64,000 nt of DNA from Gaetbulibacter saemankumensis DSM 17032 (lineage in GTDB: Bacteria; Bacteroidota; Bacteroidia; Flavobacteriales; Flavobacteriaceae), in assembly GCF_000425645.1 (NCBI RefSeq), contig NZ_KE384430.1, positions 729,492 to 793,491 on the forward strand, written 5' to 3'. Of this stretch, positions 39,673 through 47,867 are shown piece after piece. The first letter of the stretch is position 1, and each line of letters opens with the position of its first letter. The notes under the pieces were generated by a model that was given only the letters and a program-made list of their open reading frames with translations, made no database searches and was not told the DNA's origin. The position numbers and the translations under genes were made by a program.

Positions 39673-42644
39673 TATACTGCAATGGTGTTAATTTTATCTG
39701 AATAACGTGGGTCTTCAATAACGGCACATTTATACATGGAGGTTACTTCTATTGTAATACAGCCAAATTCTTCTATTACTTTGCCTGTGATGGTATATAC
39801 GCCTTTACCTCTAAAGGGGAATTTACTGGCTATAGGAGGAAAATGTACTGTATCTATAAAATAGCCTTCTCGGTCTAAAAATGTGCTGAAATGCATGGTT
39901 TTTTTGTTTTTGGTAACCGTGTTTTTGGTGGTAATTAAATAACCTTCAATACGAACAATCTTTCCAGTGTAATTTTCTAAGTCGTTAGCGGTTAGTTGGG
40001 TGTCAAGAGGTTTTTCTAATAATTGGAAAGGGTTACAAAGCGGAAAACTGAGTAGTTCTATTTCATCGAATGCATTTTCCAAAAAGCTGCTTGGCAGCTC
40101 GGGAGTTTCATAATTGATTTTTTCAGTTTTAAATAATGATGTGGTGTATTCATCAAAATGTATTTTGCTAATTTTTAAATGAGCTTCCCAAAGCAATTCT
40201 CTTTTGTTAATTCCTGTAAATCTGAAGGCATTTATTTTTATTAAAATTGAAATCTGTTCTATAGAAATAGGAACGCGATCGATAAAATCGTCTAAGCTTA
40301 TAAATTTACCTGCTTGCTGCCGATTGGTTAGAATATTTTTTATGGTTTTGTTTTCTAAAGCATGTAAAAACATAAAACCTAAATAAATAGATTTATCTTT
40401 AACATAAGCCTCATTATAGCTAGTGTTAATGCAAGGTGGCTCTATGGCTGCGCCGTGCATTCGGGCTTCGTGAACATAAAGTTCGGTTCTATAAAATCCA
40501 CCAAAATTATTAATGGTAGCCACCATATATTCAATAGGATAGTAGGCTTTTAAAAATAGACTTTGGTAGCTTTCAACTGCATAAGATGCTGAATGTCCTT
40601 TTGCAAAAGCGTAACCTGCAAAGCTTTCAATTTGTTTCCAAACGGTTGAAATTACAGTTTCCGATTCGCCTTTTTGCTTGCAATTATTGAAAAACAACTG
40701 TTTTACACCTAGAAATTCTTCTCGAGATCGGAATTTTCCAGACATACCACGGCGTAATTTGTCAGCTTCAGCCAACGATAAACCTCCAAAAATATGAGCG
40801 ACTTTAATAACATCTTCCTGATATACCATAACACCATAGGTTTCTGGCATAATTTTAAGTAGTACGGGATGTGCTTTATTAATGCGTTCTGGATAACGAT
40901 AACGCAAAATATATTCACGCATCATACCCGATTTGGCAACGCCCGGTCGTATTATAGAGCTGGCAGCAACTAAGCCGAGGTAATTGTCTACCTGAAGTTT
41001 TTTTAGAAGCATGCGCATGGCAGGCGATTCTACATAAAAACAACCAATGGCTTTAGCATTTTTTAGCAGATGTTTAATGCGCTCGTCTTCTTTAAAGCGC
41101 TTAATATCATGGATGTCTACTGGTGATTCTTCGGGGTGGTTATACTTTATAATGTCTACGGTTTCTTTAATTTTTCCTAAACCACGCTGACTCAAAATAT
41201 CGAATTTATACAAGCCGATATCTTCGGCAGTAATCATATCAAAATGTGTGGTCGCATACCCTTTTGGAGGCAAAAATGTTGCGGTATAATAATGAATGGG
41301 TTTTTCTGAAATAATAATACCACTGGCATGAATGCCTAAATAGTTCGGGAATCCTTGAATATATTTACTGTATGTAAGAACGAGTTTCGATAGTTTATCG
41401 AGGTTGTTAATGTCATAGCGTCCTTTGGTTAAAATATCTATTTCGGCTTTGGGGAGTCCGAATACTTTGCCTAGTTCACGCACCGAAGCCTTGCATTTAA
41501 AGGTGTTGTAAACAGCTAAAAGCGCGGTGTTTTTAAAATTCTTGAATATAAAACGGGTAACGTCATCACGATCGGTCCATGAAAAGTCGATATCGAAATC
41601 GGGTGGATTTTTACGGTATAGGTTAATAAAACGTTCGAAGTAGAGGTCTAGCTCTATAGGATCCACATCGGTGATACGAAGCAGGTAGGCTACAATACTA
41701 TTAGCACCGCTGCCGCGCCCTACATAGAAGTAGCCTTTACTTCGGGCGTATGATACAATTTTCCAATTAATTAAAAAGTAGGATACAAAACCTTTGTCTT
41801 TAATAATTTCTAACTCTTTTTGTATTCGACTATAGATAGTGTTGTCGGGTTGTGCATATCTGTAGGGGATACCGTCGTAAGTTAGTTTTTGTAATAAGGC
41901 ATAGTCTTCTTCTTCGTTTGTGGTGTACGATTTTTGATTGTTTGGTGTTTTTTGAGAAAAATCGAATTCAATAGAACAGTTGTCTAAAACAGATGCTGTA
42001 TTTTCGAGTAACTCTGGGAATTCCTGATAGGTTTCGCAGATTTCGGAATAAGGTAACATGCAATCTGTTTCGTAACCTTGTTCGCTTTTAGGAAGTTTGC
42101 TTAATAACGTATTATTATCTATGGCCCGTAGTAGGCGATGTGTATTGAAGTCTTTTTTATTTTCAAAAGAAACTGTTTGAAGCACTACCAGTTTATTTCT
42201 GAAATGATTCCATTTTGAAAATTTAAGGGCATTTAAATCTTTGGGTTTAATACCTAAAAATTCATTAGGTTGCAGTTCGAAATCCTTTCCCTGTTTATAA
42301 GGGTAAATAACATAAGTATCTGCTATTTGTGGTGCTCTATTGGGGATTTTTATATTGCTATTGTGCAAAAAGGTCGATAGGTAGGCGTTAATATTTTGAA
42401 ACCCTTCGTTGTTTTTTGCTAACAGAATAAATTGTTGTTGGGCACCATTTCTAAAATCGACACCTAATACGGGTTTTACCTCATATTTTTCAGATAGCCG
42501 GGTAAAATCCAGACAGGCCGAGGTATTGTTAATGTCGGTTAACGCCATGGTTTTTATGCCATTTTTTGAGCTAATAGCAAGCAAACGCTCGGGTTTTATA
42601 GTTCCGTAACGCAGGCTGTAGTATGTGTGACAATTTAAATACAT
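39672..42644 (-). CDS. dnaE2: Error-prone DNA polymerase III alpha-subunit homolog (DnaE2-like, 990 aa)
   Basis: N-terminal PHP domain (MYLNCHTYYSLRYGT); polymerase core; C-terminal OB-fold. It is shorter than replicative DnaE and sits in a cassette with a Y-family polymerase and a LexA-like repressor. Confidence 0.8.
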   Translation of the reverse strand: MYLNCHTYYSLRYGTIKPERLLAISSKNGIKTMALTDINNTSACLDFTRLSEKYEVKPVLGVDFRNGAQQQFILLAKNNEGFQNINAYLSTFLHNSNIKIPNRAPQIADTYVIYPYKQGKDFELQPNEFLGIKPKDLNALKFSKWNHFRNKLVVLQTVSFENKKDFNTHRLLRAIDNNTLLSKLPKSEQGYETDCMLPYSEICETYQEFPELLENTASVLDNCSIEFDFSQKTPNNQKSYTTNEEEDYALLQKLTYDGIPYRYAQPDNTIYSRIQKELEIIKDKGFVSYFLINWKIVSYARSKGYFYVGRGSGANSIVAYLLRITDVDPIELDLYFERFINLYRKNPPDFDIDFSWTDRDDVTRFIFKNFKNTALLAVYNTFKCKASVRELGKVFGLPKAEIDILTKGRYDINNLDKLSKLVLTYSKYIQGFPNYLGIHASGIIISEKPIHYYTATFLPPKGYATTHFDMITAEDIGLYKFDILSQRGLGKIKETVDIIKYNHPEESPVDIHDIKRFKEDERIKHLLKNAKAIGCFYVESPAMRMLLKKLQVDNYLGLVAASSIIRPGVAKSGMMREYILRYRYPERINKAHPVLLKIMPETYGVMVYQEDVIKVAHIFGGLSLAEADKLRRGMSGKFRSREEFLGVKQLFFNNCKQKGESETVISTVWKQIESFAGYAFAKGHSASYAVESYQSLFLKAYYPIEYMVATINNFGGFYRTELYVHEARMHGAAIEPPCINTSYNEAYVKDKSIYLGFMFLHALENKTIKNILTNRQQAGKFISLDDFIDRVPISIEQISILIKINAFRFTGINKRELLWEAHLKISKIHFDEYTTSLFKTEKINYETPELPSSFLENAFDEIELLSFPLCNPFQLLEKPLDTQLTANDLENYTGKIVRIEGYLITTKNTVTKNKKTMHFSTFLDREGYFIDTVHFPPIASKFPFRGKGVYTITGKVIEEFGCITIEVTSMYKCAVIEDPRYSDKINTIAV

Positions 42645-42661
42645 AGGATTAACAAAATTAG

Positions 42662-42696
42662 CTACAAATAATAGTTATTGTTGCTTATATTTGTAG
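42662..42696. promoter_or_regulatory. Palindrome CTACAAATA-N17-TATTTGTAG in the divergent region between the DnaE2-like and LexA-like genes. Candidate SOS-type operator.
   Basis: Read directly; 9 bp perfect arms. Confidence 0.4.
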
Positions 42697-42731
42697 TAAT
42701 AAATGTTAAAGTTGAAAATAGCCTATTTAAA

Positions 42732-43499
42732 ATGAAACATATACAAACAAACATTAAGCACCTGCGGGTGCTAAAAAAGTTTTCGCAGGAACGTTTTGCA
42801 GACGAATTGGGATGGACACGTTCTATTGTAGGGTCGTATGAAGAAGGGCGATCGGAGCCTCCTATAGATCGTTTGATAGAATTGTCTAATTATTTCGATA
42901 TTCCTATTGATATTTTGGTGAAAAACGATTTACGAGGAGCTAAAAACACTTCGTTTATAGAAGTAGGTAACAAGCGTGTACTATTTCCAATTACAGTAAA
43001 TGAAGCAAATGAAGATTTAATAGAAATTATTCCGGCTAAGGCTTCGGCAGGATATCTTCAGGGGTATGCCGATCCAGAGTATATTGAGCAGCTTCAAAAA
43101 ATAAAATTACCATTTTTACCCACAGGTACCCATCGTGCTTTTCCTATTAGTGGCGACTCTATGTTGCCTGTAAAAAGTGGTTCTTTTGTAGTGGCTAAGT
43201 TTGTCGATAATATTCAAGAAGTTAAAGATGGTAGGACCTATATTGTTTTAACAAAAAATGATGGTTTGGTTTATAAGCGTTTGTATAATAAGATAAAAGA
43301 GAAGAATTGCTTAGAACTGCATTCGGATAATAAGGCTTACCAGCCATTCGATGTAAAGACTGAAGATGTTATAGAACTTTGGGAATTTACCTGTTGTATT
43401 AATACCCAAGAGTACGATGAAGAAGAGTTGAAGTTGAGTAGTATAATGACGATGTTTCAGGAATTAAGGGTAGAATTAGAATCGATTACCCGAAAATAA
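42732..43499 (+). CDS. LexA-like repressor: XRE-type HTH fused to an S24 self-cleaving peptidase domain
   Basis: HTH (LRVLKKFSQERFADELGWTRSIVGSYE); S24 motifs PISGDSMLP and a downstream Lys. The start was taken at MKHIQT. Confidence 0.8.
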   Translation: MKHIQTNIKHLRVLKKFSQERFADELGWTRSIVGSYEEGRSEPPIDRLIELSNYFDIPIDILVKNDLRGAKNTSFIEVGNKRVLFPITVNEANEDLIEIIPAKASAGYLQGYADPEYIEQLQKIKLPFLPTGTHRAFPISGDSMLPVKSGSFVVAKFVDNIQEVKDGRTYIVLTKNDGLVYKRLYNKIKEKNCLELHSDNKAYQPFDVKTEDVIELWEFTCCINTQEYDEEELKLSSIMTMFQELRVELESITRK

Positions 43500-43502
43500 A
43501 AG

Positions 43503-43531
43503 AAGCAAGGTTACGAATCGTAACCTTGCTT
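43503..43531 (-). terminator. Hairpin terminator downstream of ssb (minus strand)
   Basis: gcaaggttacg-aat-cgtaaccttgc, then a T-rich tract on the minus strand. Confidence 0.45.
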
Positions 43532-43562
43532 AAATCTAAGTGTAAACTCGTAAGAAAAAAGA

Positions 43563-43895
43563 TTATTTCCCTAACATTAAAAGTTCGTTACAAACAATTT
43601 CTGTTATGAAACGTTTGTTGCCGTCTTTATCCTCATAGCTACGAGATGTAAGTTTTCCTTCAATGGCTATTTCTTTGCCTTTAGTTACATATTTCTCAAT
43701 TATTTGAGCTGTTTTTCCCCAGGCAACCACGTTATGCCATTGGGTATCTGTAACTTTTTCACCTTTATTATTGGTGTAGCTATCATTGGTTGCAATGGCA
43801 AATTTTGCCAATGTTTTTCCTGATTCTAGATTAATGATTTCCGGATCGTTTCCTAAATTACCAATCAACTGTACTTTGTTTCTAAGTGTGTTCAT
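43563..43895 (-). CDS. ssb: Single-stranded DNA-binding protein (short form, 110 aa)
   Basis: An OB-fold with VQLIGNLGNDPE...TQWHNVVAWGK. Confidence 0.9.
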   Translation of the reverse strand: MNTLRNKVQLIGNLGNDPEIINLESGKTLAKFAIATNDSYTNNKGEKVTDTQWHNVVAWGKTAQIIEKYVTKGKEIAIEGKLTSRSYEDKDGNKRFITEIVCNELLMLGK

Positions 43896-44106
43896 AATAT
43901 TATTTTTTACGTTAAACAGTTAATACTATCGAGTTCTTATGTTTCGACAAGGCAAAGATTTAAAAACCAAAAAAACATAGTCGGTAGTTACATATTTAAA
44001 ATCGTTTGCAAATGTTTGTAGTCGTTTGTAAACGAATATTTTGTATATTTAAATGATATAAGCACAGTTTAAAGTTAATTAAAGACGAATTAATAAATAG
44101 AAGAAA

Positions 44107-44457
44107 ATGCAAAAACAATGTTTAGAATGCGGTGAAAAAATAGTTGGTCGAATCGATAAAAAATTCTGTAGTGATGCCTGTCGCAATGCTTATAACAATA
44201 AAATTAATAAAGACAGTAAAAACCTGATTCGGAATACGAATAACAGGTTACGCAAGAATTACCGTATTTTGGAAACTTTAAACCCGAATCAGAAATCGAA
44301 AACTTCAAGAGCAAAATTAATAGAGGCTGGTTTCGATTTTAATTATATAACAAGTATTTATACCACCAAGGCCGGAACCATATATTATTTTGTGTACAAT
44401 CAGGGGTATTTGCCTCTAGAAGGCGATTATTATGCTTTGGTAAAGCGTGAAAATTAA
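44107..44457 (+). CDS. Hypothetical protein with an N-terminal zinc-ribbon (CxxC...CxxC)
   Basis: CLECGEKIVGRIDKKFCSDACR. Confidence 0.45.
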   Translation: MQKQCLECGEKIVGRIDKKFCSDACRNAYNNKINKDSKNLIRNTNNRLRKNYRILETLNPNQKSKTSRAKLIEAGFDFNYITSIYTTKAGTIYYFVYNQGYLPLEGDYYALVKREN

Positions 44458-44509
44458 AAAAGCCCGCACTACCAGTACGAGCTTTTTTATACATTAATAC
44501 ATTTCATGA

Positions 44510-44977
44510 TTATTTCCAGTTGTGTCCTTTAAATTCCATAGCGGCTTTTAGTACATCTTTCTGACTTATTTGTCCCACCAACTTGCCGTTTTCTACAATT
44601 GGAAAACGACGACGTTTAGCTTGTAAAAATTTATTGGCAGCATCAAAAATACTCATGTTGCCATCGATAGTTTCAACATTTTTTACCATATGCTTCTCAA
44701 TGGTCTGGTCTTGCATTGGCATATTATAATAGCGACTCTCGCTAATTTGCTTAATACAATCTCCTTCAGATATGATCCCAACCAATTCATTTTTATCGTT
44801 TACAACTGGTCCACCAGAAATTCTGTGTTTAATTAATTCTTGCATCACACTTTCTATACTCTGGTCTGGTGTAAACGTAATTAAGTTAGTCGACATGTAA
44901 TCGCTTACGAGTAATGATGGTGAATCATCTACGTTGGCCTGTTGCTTCCTCGCTCCTTGAAAACTTTTTATACCCAT
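44510..44977 (-). CDS. CBS-domain pair protein
   Basis: Two CBS repeats (ISGGPVVNDKNELVGIISEGD; RRFPIVENGKLVGQISQKD). Confidence 0.8.
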   Translation of the reverse strand: MGIKSFQGARKQQANVDDSPSLLVSDYMSTNLITFTPDQSIESVMQELIKHRISGGPVVNDKNELVGIISEGDCIKQISESRYYNMPMQDQTIEKHMVKNVETIDGNMSIFDAANKFLQAKRRRFPIVENGKLVGQISQKDVLKAAMEFKGHNWK

Positions 44978-45213
44978 AATCTCCTTATTTAGTAAACTTA
45001 AATATACTTAAATTTTTTTAAGTATATGAAAAATTGAAAAAAATCGTTCGCATTACATGTTGTCTTATATCAAGACTCGGCTTATAGGTTATTTCTTAAT
45101 GATTATATTGTAATGTTTGAATGCTAAAGATTTATACTAAAATAAATAATAGCTTTTCATATTTTAAAATATTAATTTTTTATAGTTTAGGCCTTGGAAC
45201 TAAAAATGAAGAT

Positions 45214-45936
45214 ATGAAACGATTAATTATACTGATAGTGTTATTTGGAACGGTTACTTTAAATGCTCAGAGTGATTCTGAGTTAGTAAAACATTTCGAA
45301 GCATTTTATCAACAAATGAAAGCTCAAGGTGATGTGCAAGGAATAATAAATGCGATGACCCATTTAAACATTTTATCGCCTTCAGAAGAAAGAAAAGATA
45401 CGTTGGCTTACATATATATGAGCGAAGGTAAGTATATGCAGGCCTTAAATACGATAGGTTTCGAATTAATGCTAGACGATTCTGATATGGCCGTAGAGGT
45501 TAAAGCGATATCCTTAAAAGCGGTAAAGCAACCTAAATTAGCTATTTCGTTATTTCAAGAGATGTTTAAAAGAGAGCCTGGTCCAGTAATAGCTTACGAA
45601 TTAGCCGAACTTAATTTACAGGTTCAACAGCTTGATGAGGCTGAGAAACATATACAGTATGGACTAGCAAATGCAACAGACGAAATGAAAAAGGCATATT
45701 ATGAAACGCAAACGCCTTACGAGGTGTCTTTAAAATCGGCATTTATGTATTTAAACGCTCTGTTAACATATAATCGCGATAGAAAAGCGAATATAGATGA
45801 GGCGGTTGATATTTTAGATGCTACCTTAAAAGCGTCTCCCAATTTCAATTTAATTCAATTAACGAAGAATGAATTGTTAAGGCAGAAACAAGCCTTACAG
45901 GTTTTAGAATCTGCGCAACCGCAGCCTAAGAACTAG
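45214..45936 (+). CDS. Secreted helical (TPR-like) hypothetical protein. The start was taken at MKRLIIL.
   Basis: Signal peptide ending NAQ; helical repeat composition. Confidence 0.45.
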   Translation: MKRLIILIVLFGTVTLNAQSDSELVKHFEAFYQQMKAQGDVQGIINAMTHLNILSPSEERKDTLAYIYMSEGKYMQALNTIGFELMLDDSDMAVEVKAISLKAVKQPKLAISLFQEMFKREPGPVIAYELAELNLQVQQLDEAEKHIQYGLANATDEMKKAYYETQTPYEVSLKSAFMYLNALLTYNRDRKANIDEAVDILDATLKASPNFNLIQLTKNELLRQKQALQVLESAQPQPKN

Positions 45937-45954
45937 AGTGGGATTGTTCTAAAT

Positions 45955-45990
45955 AAAAGTGGCTATATAAATTTTTATATAGCCACTTTT
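45955..45990. terminator. Strong bidirectional terminator between convergent genes
   Basis: aaaagtggctatata-aattttt-atatagccactttt. Confidence 0.65.
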
Positions 45991-46009
45991 ATTTGAATGA
46001 GGTTCTTTG

Positions 46010-46552
46010 TTATGGTTTTTCGATAGTGGTCTTATCCGCCTCTGCTTTTTTGTTCATTTGCAAGTTTAAATTAGAAAATGCTATAAGGAACTCTTTAATA
46101 CTGGAAATAAGTTCTGCTTTTTTTGTTGTGCTTAAATTAGCAAGACTTTGTAGTTTTAAAAGTTTTGTTTCAAAGGCACTTATTCTAGCTAAAATAGCTT
46201 CGGTATTTACACCTTCAGGTATGTTTTTTCTAAAGTCTCTTAAGACATTCTTTACACCCTTTTCGTTGTCGTTAAAATAACTTAAATCCCCTTTTTTTAT
46301 ATTCCCAACAGCATCTTTAATCTGGTAATATTCGGCCCAGTTTGTTATTAGTTTTTCAGTATTTATATCTAAATTAAATTCAGTGTATTTTAATTTAGAC
46401 AAATCTTTTTCTGTAATCTCCTGACTGTTGTTTTGTGTTTCATCGGTGGTTGTTGCAGTTTGTTTTTGATTACAGGAAAAAACAGTTATAAGTATTAACA
46501 GAGCCTTGAATATGGATTTCGTCATGGTGTAAAAATATTGTGCAATGCACAA
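46010..46552 (-). CDS. Hypothetical lipoprotein
   Basis: Lipobox ...ITVFSC; a Thr-rich linker. Confidence 0.45.
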   Translation of the reverse strand: MCIAQYFYTMTKSIFKALLILITVFSCNQKQTATTTDETQNNSQEITEKDLSKLKYTEFNLDINTEKLITNWAEYYQIKDAVGNIKKGDLSYFNDNEKGVKNVLRDFRKNIPEGVNTEAILARISAFETKLLKLQSLANLSTTKKAELISSIKEFLIAFSNLNLQMNKKAEADKTTIEKP

Positions 46553-46655
46553 AGATAGGGTAATAGTTTTTTTAAGTTAAATAAAATATAGGACGCATTA
46601 AAAACATTTCAATTAATTGTATATTTGGCCAACCCTAAATCTTAATTAATAGTTT

Positions 46656-47246
46656 ATGCTTGAAAATTTTTGGTTTAATGTAGAGTACGGTATCAATCAC
46701 GTATTAGATATAAAGGCCTACGATCATGTTTTATTTCTCATTGTTTTAACGGTTCCGTATATGTTTAAAGACTGGAAGCGTGTATTGCTTTTGGTGTCTA
46801 TGTTTACTTTAGGGCATACCTTATCTCTGGTTCTGGCAGCTTACAATGTGGTGCGCATTAATGGTCAAATAGTCGAGTTTTTAATTCCTGTAACTATATT
46901 AATTGTAGCTCTTTTTAATGTGTTTACTTCTGGTAAAGGGGCACAAAAAGAGAAGGTTGGTGTGCTATTTTTATCCACCTTATTTTTTGGATTAATTCAT
47001 GGACTAGGCTTTGCTCGGGAGTTTCACATGCTACTTGGTGGGTCTGATAGTAAATTAGAATTATTACTAGAGTTTGCTTTAGGGATTGAAATCGCACAAA
47101 TCATTATAGTATTTGTGGTACTATTTTTGGGGTATATTTTCCAAACGATTTTTAGGTTTTCTAAGCGCGACTGGATTATGGTTATATCGTCTGTAGTTGT
47201 CGGGTTAGTTATTCCTATGATACTGAATAGTGATTATTTAGCCTAG
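46656..47246 (+). CDS. HupE/UreJ-family membrane protein (putative Ni/Co transporter)
   Basis: Six TM segments; conserved GLIHGLGFA and histidines. Confidence 0.8.
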   Translation: MLENFWFNVEYGINHVLDIKAYDHVLFLIVLTVPYMFKDWKRVLLLVSMFTLGHTLSLVLAAYNVVRINGQIVEFLIPVTILIVALFNVFTSGKGAQKEKVGVLFLSTLFFGLIHGLGFAREFHMLLGGSDSKLELLLEFALGIEIAQIIIVFVVLFLGYIFQTIFRFSKRDWIMVISSVVVGLVIPMILNSDYLA

Positions 47247-47330
47247 AAAAAGTAAAAAACTTTCCTTACAGGCGTTGCATTTAAAATACGAAGCGAGTAT
47301 ATTCGTTATAATATTTGCGTGAAGTATTCA

Positions 47331-47410
47331 GGTATTTGTTAAAGCGCTTTTGTGTTGCCTTAAGCTAAAACATAAAGCGACTGCCTAAAGCTTATTTGCT
47401 ACTGAAGTAA
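47331..47410. repeat. Copy C (diverged) of the intergenic repeat family, in the same plus-strand orientation as copies A and B but flanked by plus-strand genes
   Basis: ggtatttgttaaagcgc...agcgactgcctaaagcttatttgctact aligns with copy A ggcatttgttgaagctc...agcgactgccgaaagcgggaaatggctact. Confidence 0.5.
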
Positions 47411-47435
47411 CACGCCCAAGTTTTAAAAAAAATTA

Positions 47436-47867
47436 ATGTCGAAGAAAAAACAACTTAAATACGATAAAGCTTATTTAAGAATTGCTGAAGAATGGGGTAA
47501 ATTATCCTATTGTAAACGTCGTCAAGTTGGAGCACTTATTGTGAAAGATCGCATGATAATTTCCGACGGATATAATGGTACACCTTCTGGATTTGAAAAT
47601 TTTTGCGAAGATGAAGAGGGATATACTAAATGGTATGTATTGCATGCTGAGGCCAATGCTATTTTAAAAGTGGCGGCATCAACACATTCGTGTAAAGGTG
47701 CTACCCTATATATAACCATGTCGCCATGCAAAGAGTGTAGTAAGCTTGTGCATCAGGCGGGGATAGTTAAAGTTGTTTATAAACAAGCTTATAAAGACGA
47801 TTCTGGTCTGAAATTTTTAGCAAAGGCTGGAATAGAATTACAACAAATTGAAGATATAGAAGGATAA
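47436..47867 (+). CDS. dCMP deaminase (ComEB-like)
   Basis: Zinc motifs HAEANAI and PCKECSKL. Confidence 0.9.
   Translation: MSKKKQLKYDKAYLRIAEEWGKLSYCKRRQVGALIVKDRMIISDGYNGTPSGFENFCEDEEGYTKWYVLHAEANAILKVAASTHSCKGATLYITMSPCKECSKLVHQAGIVKVVYKQAYKDDSGLKFLAKAGIELQQIEDIEG

Noticed and set aside
39536-39727. 63 aa ORF spanning the DnaE2 / Y-family polymerase junction
   Set aside because: It is out of frame inside two strongly supported coupled genes.
43940-44040. TTTGCAAA and TCGTTTgtAAACGA palindromes, plus a tgtttgtag half-site of the LexA-like box, upstream of ssb
   Set aside because: These are suggestive but short, with one mismatch to the cassette half-site and no matching partner half-site at the correct spacing. 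They are mentioned only as supporting context and not called as a feature.
45993-46280. 95 aa plus-strand ORF overlapping the minus-strand lipoprotein gene at 46010-46552
   Set aside because: The minus-strand gene has a clean lipoprotein signal and a convergent terminator at 45955-45990. The plus-strand ORF starts inside that terminator and has no features.
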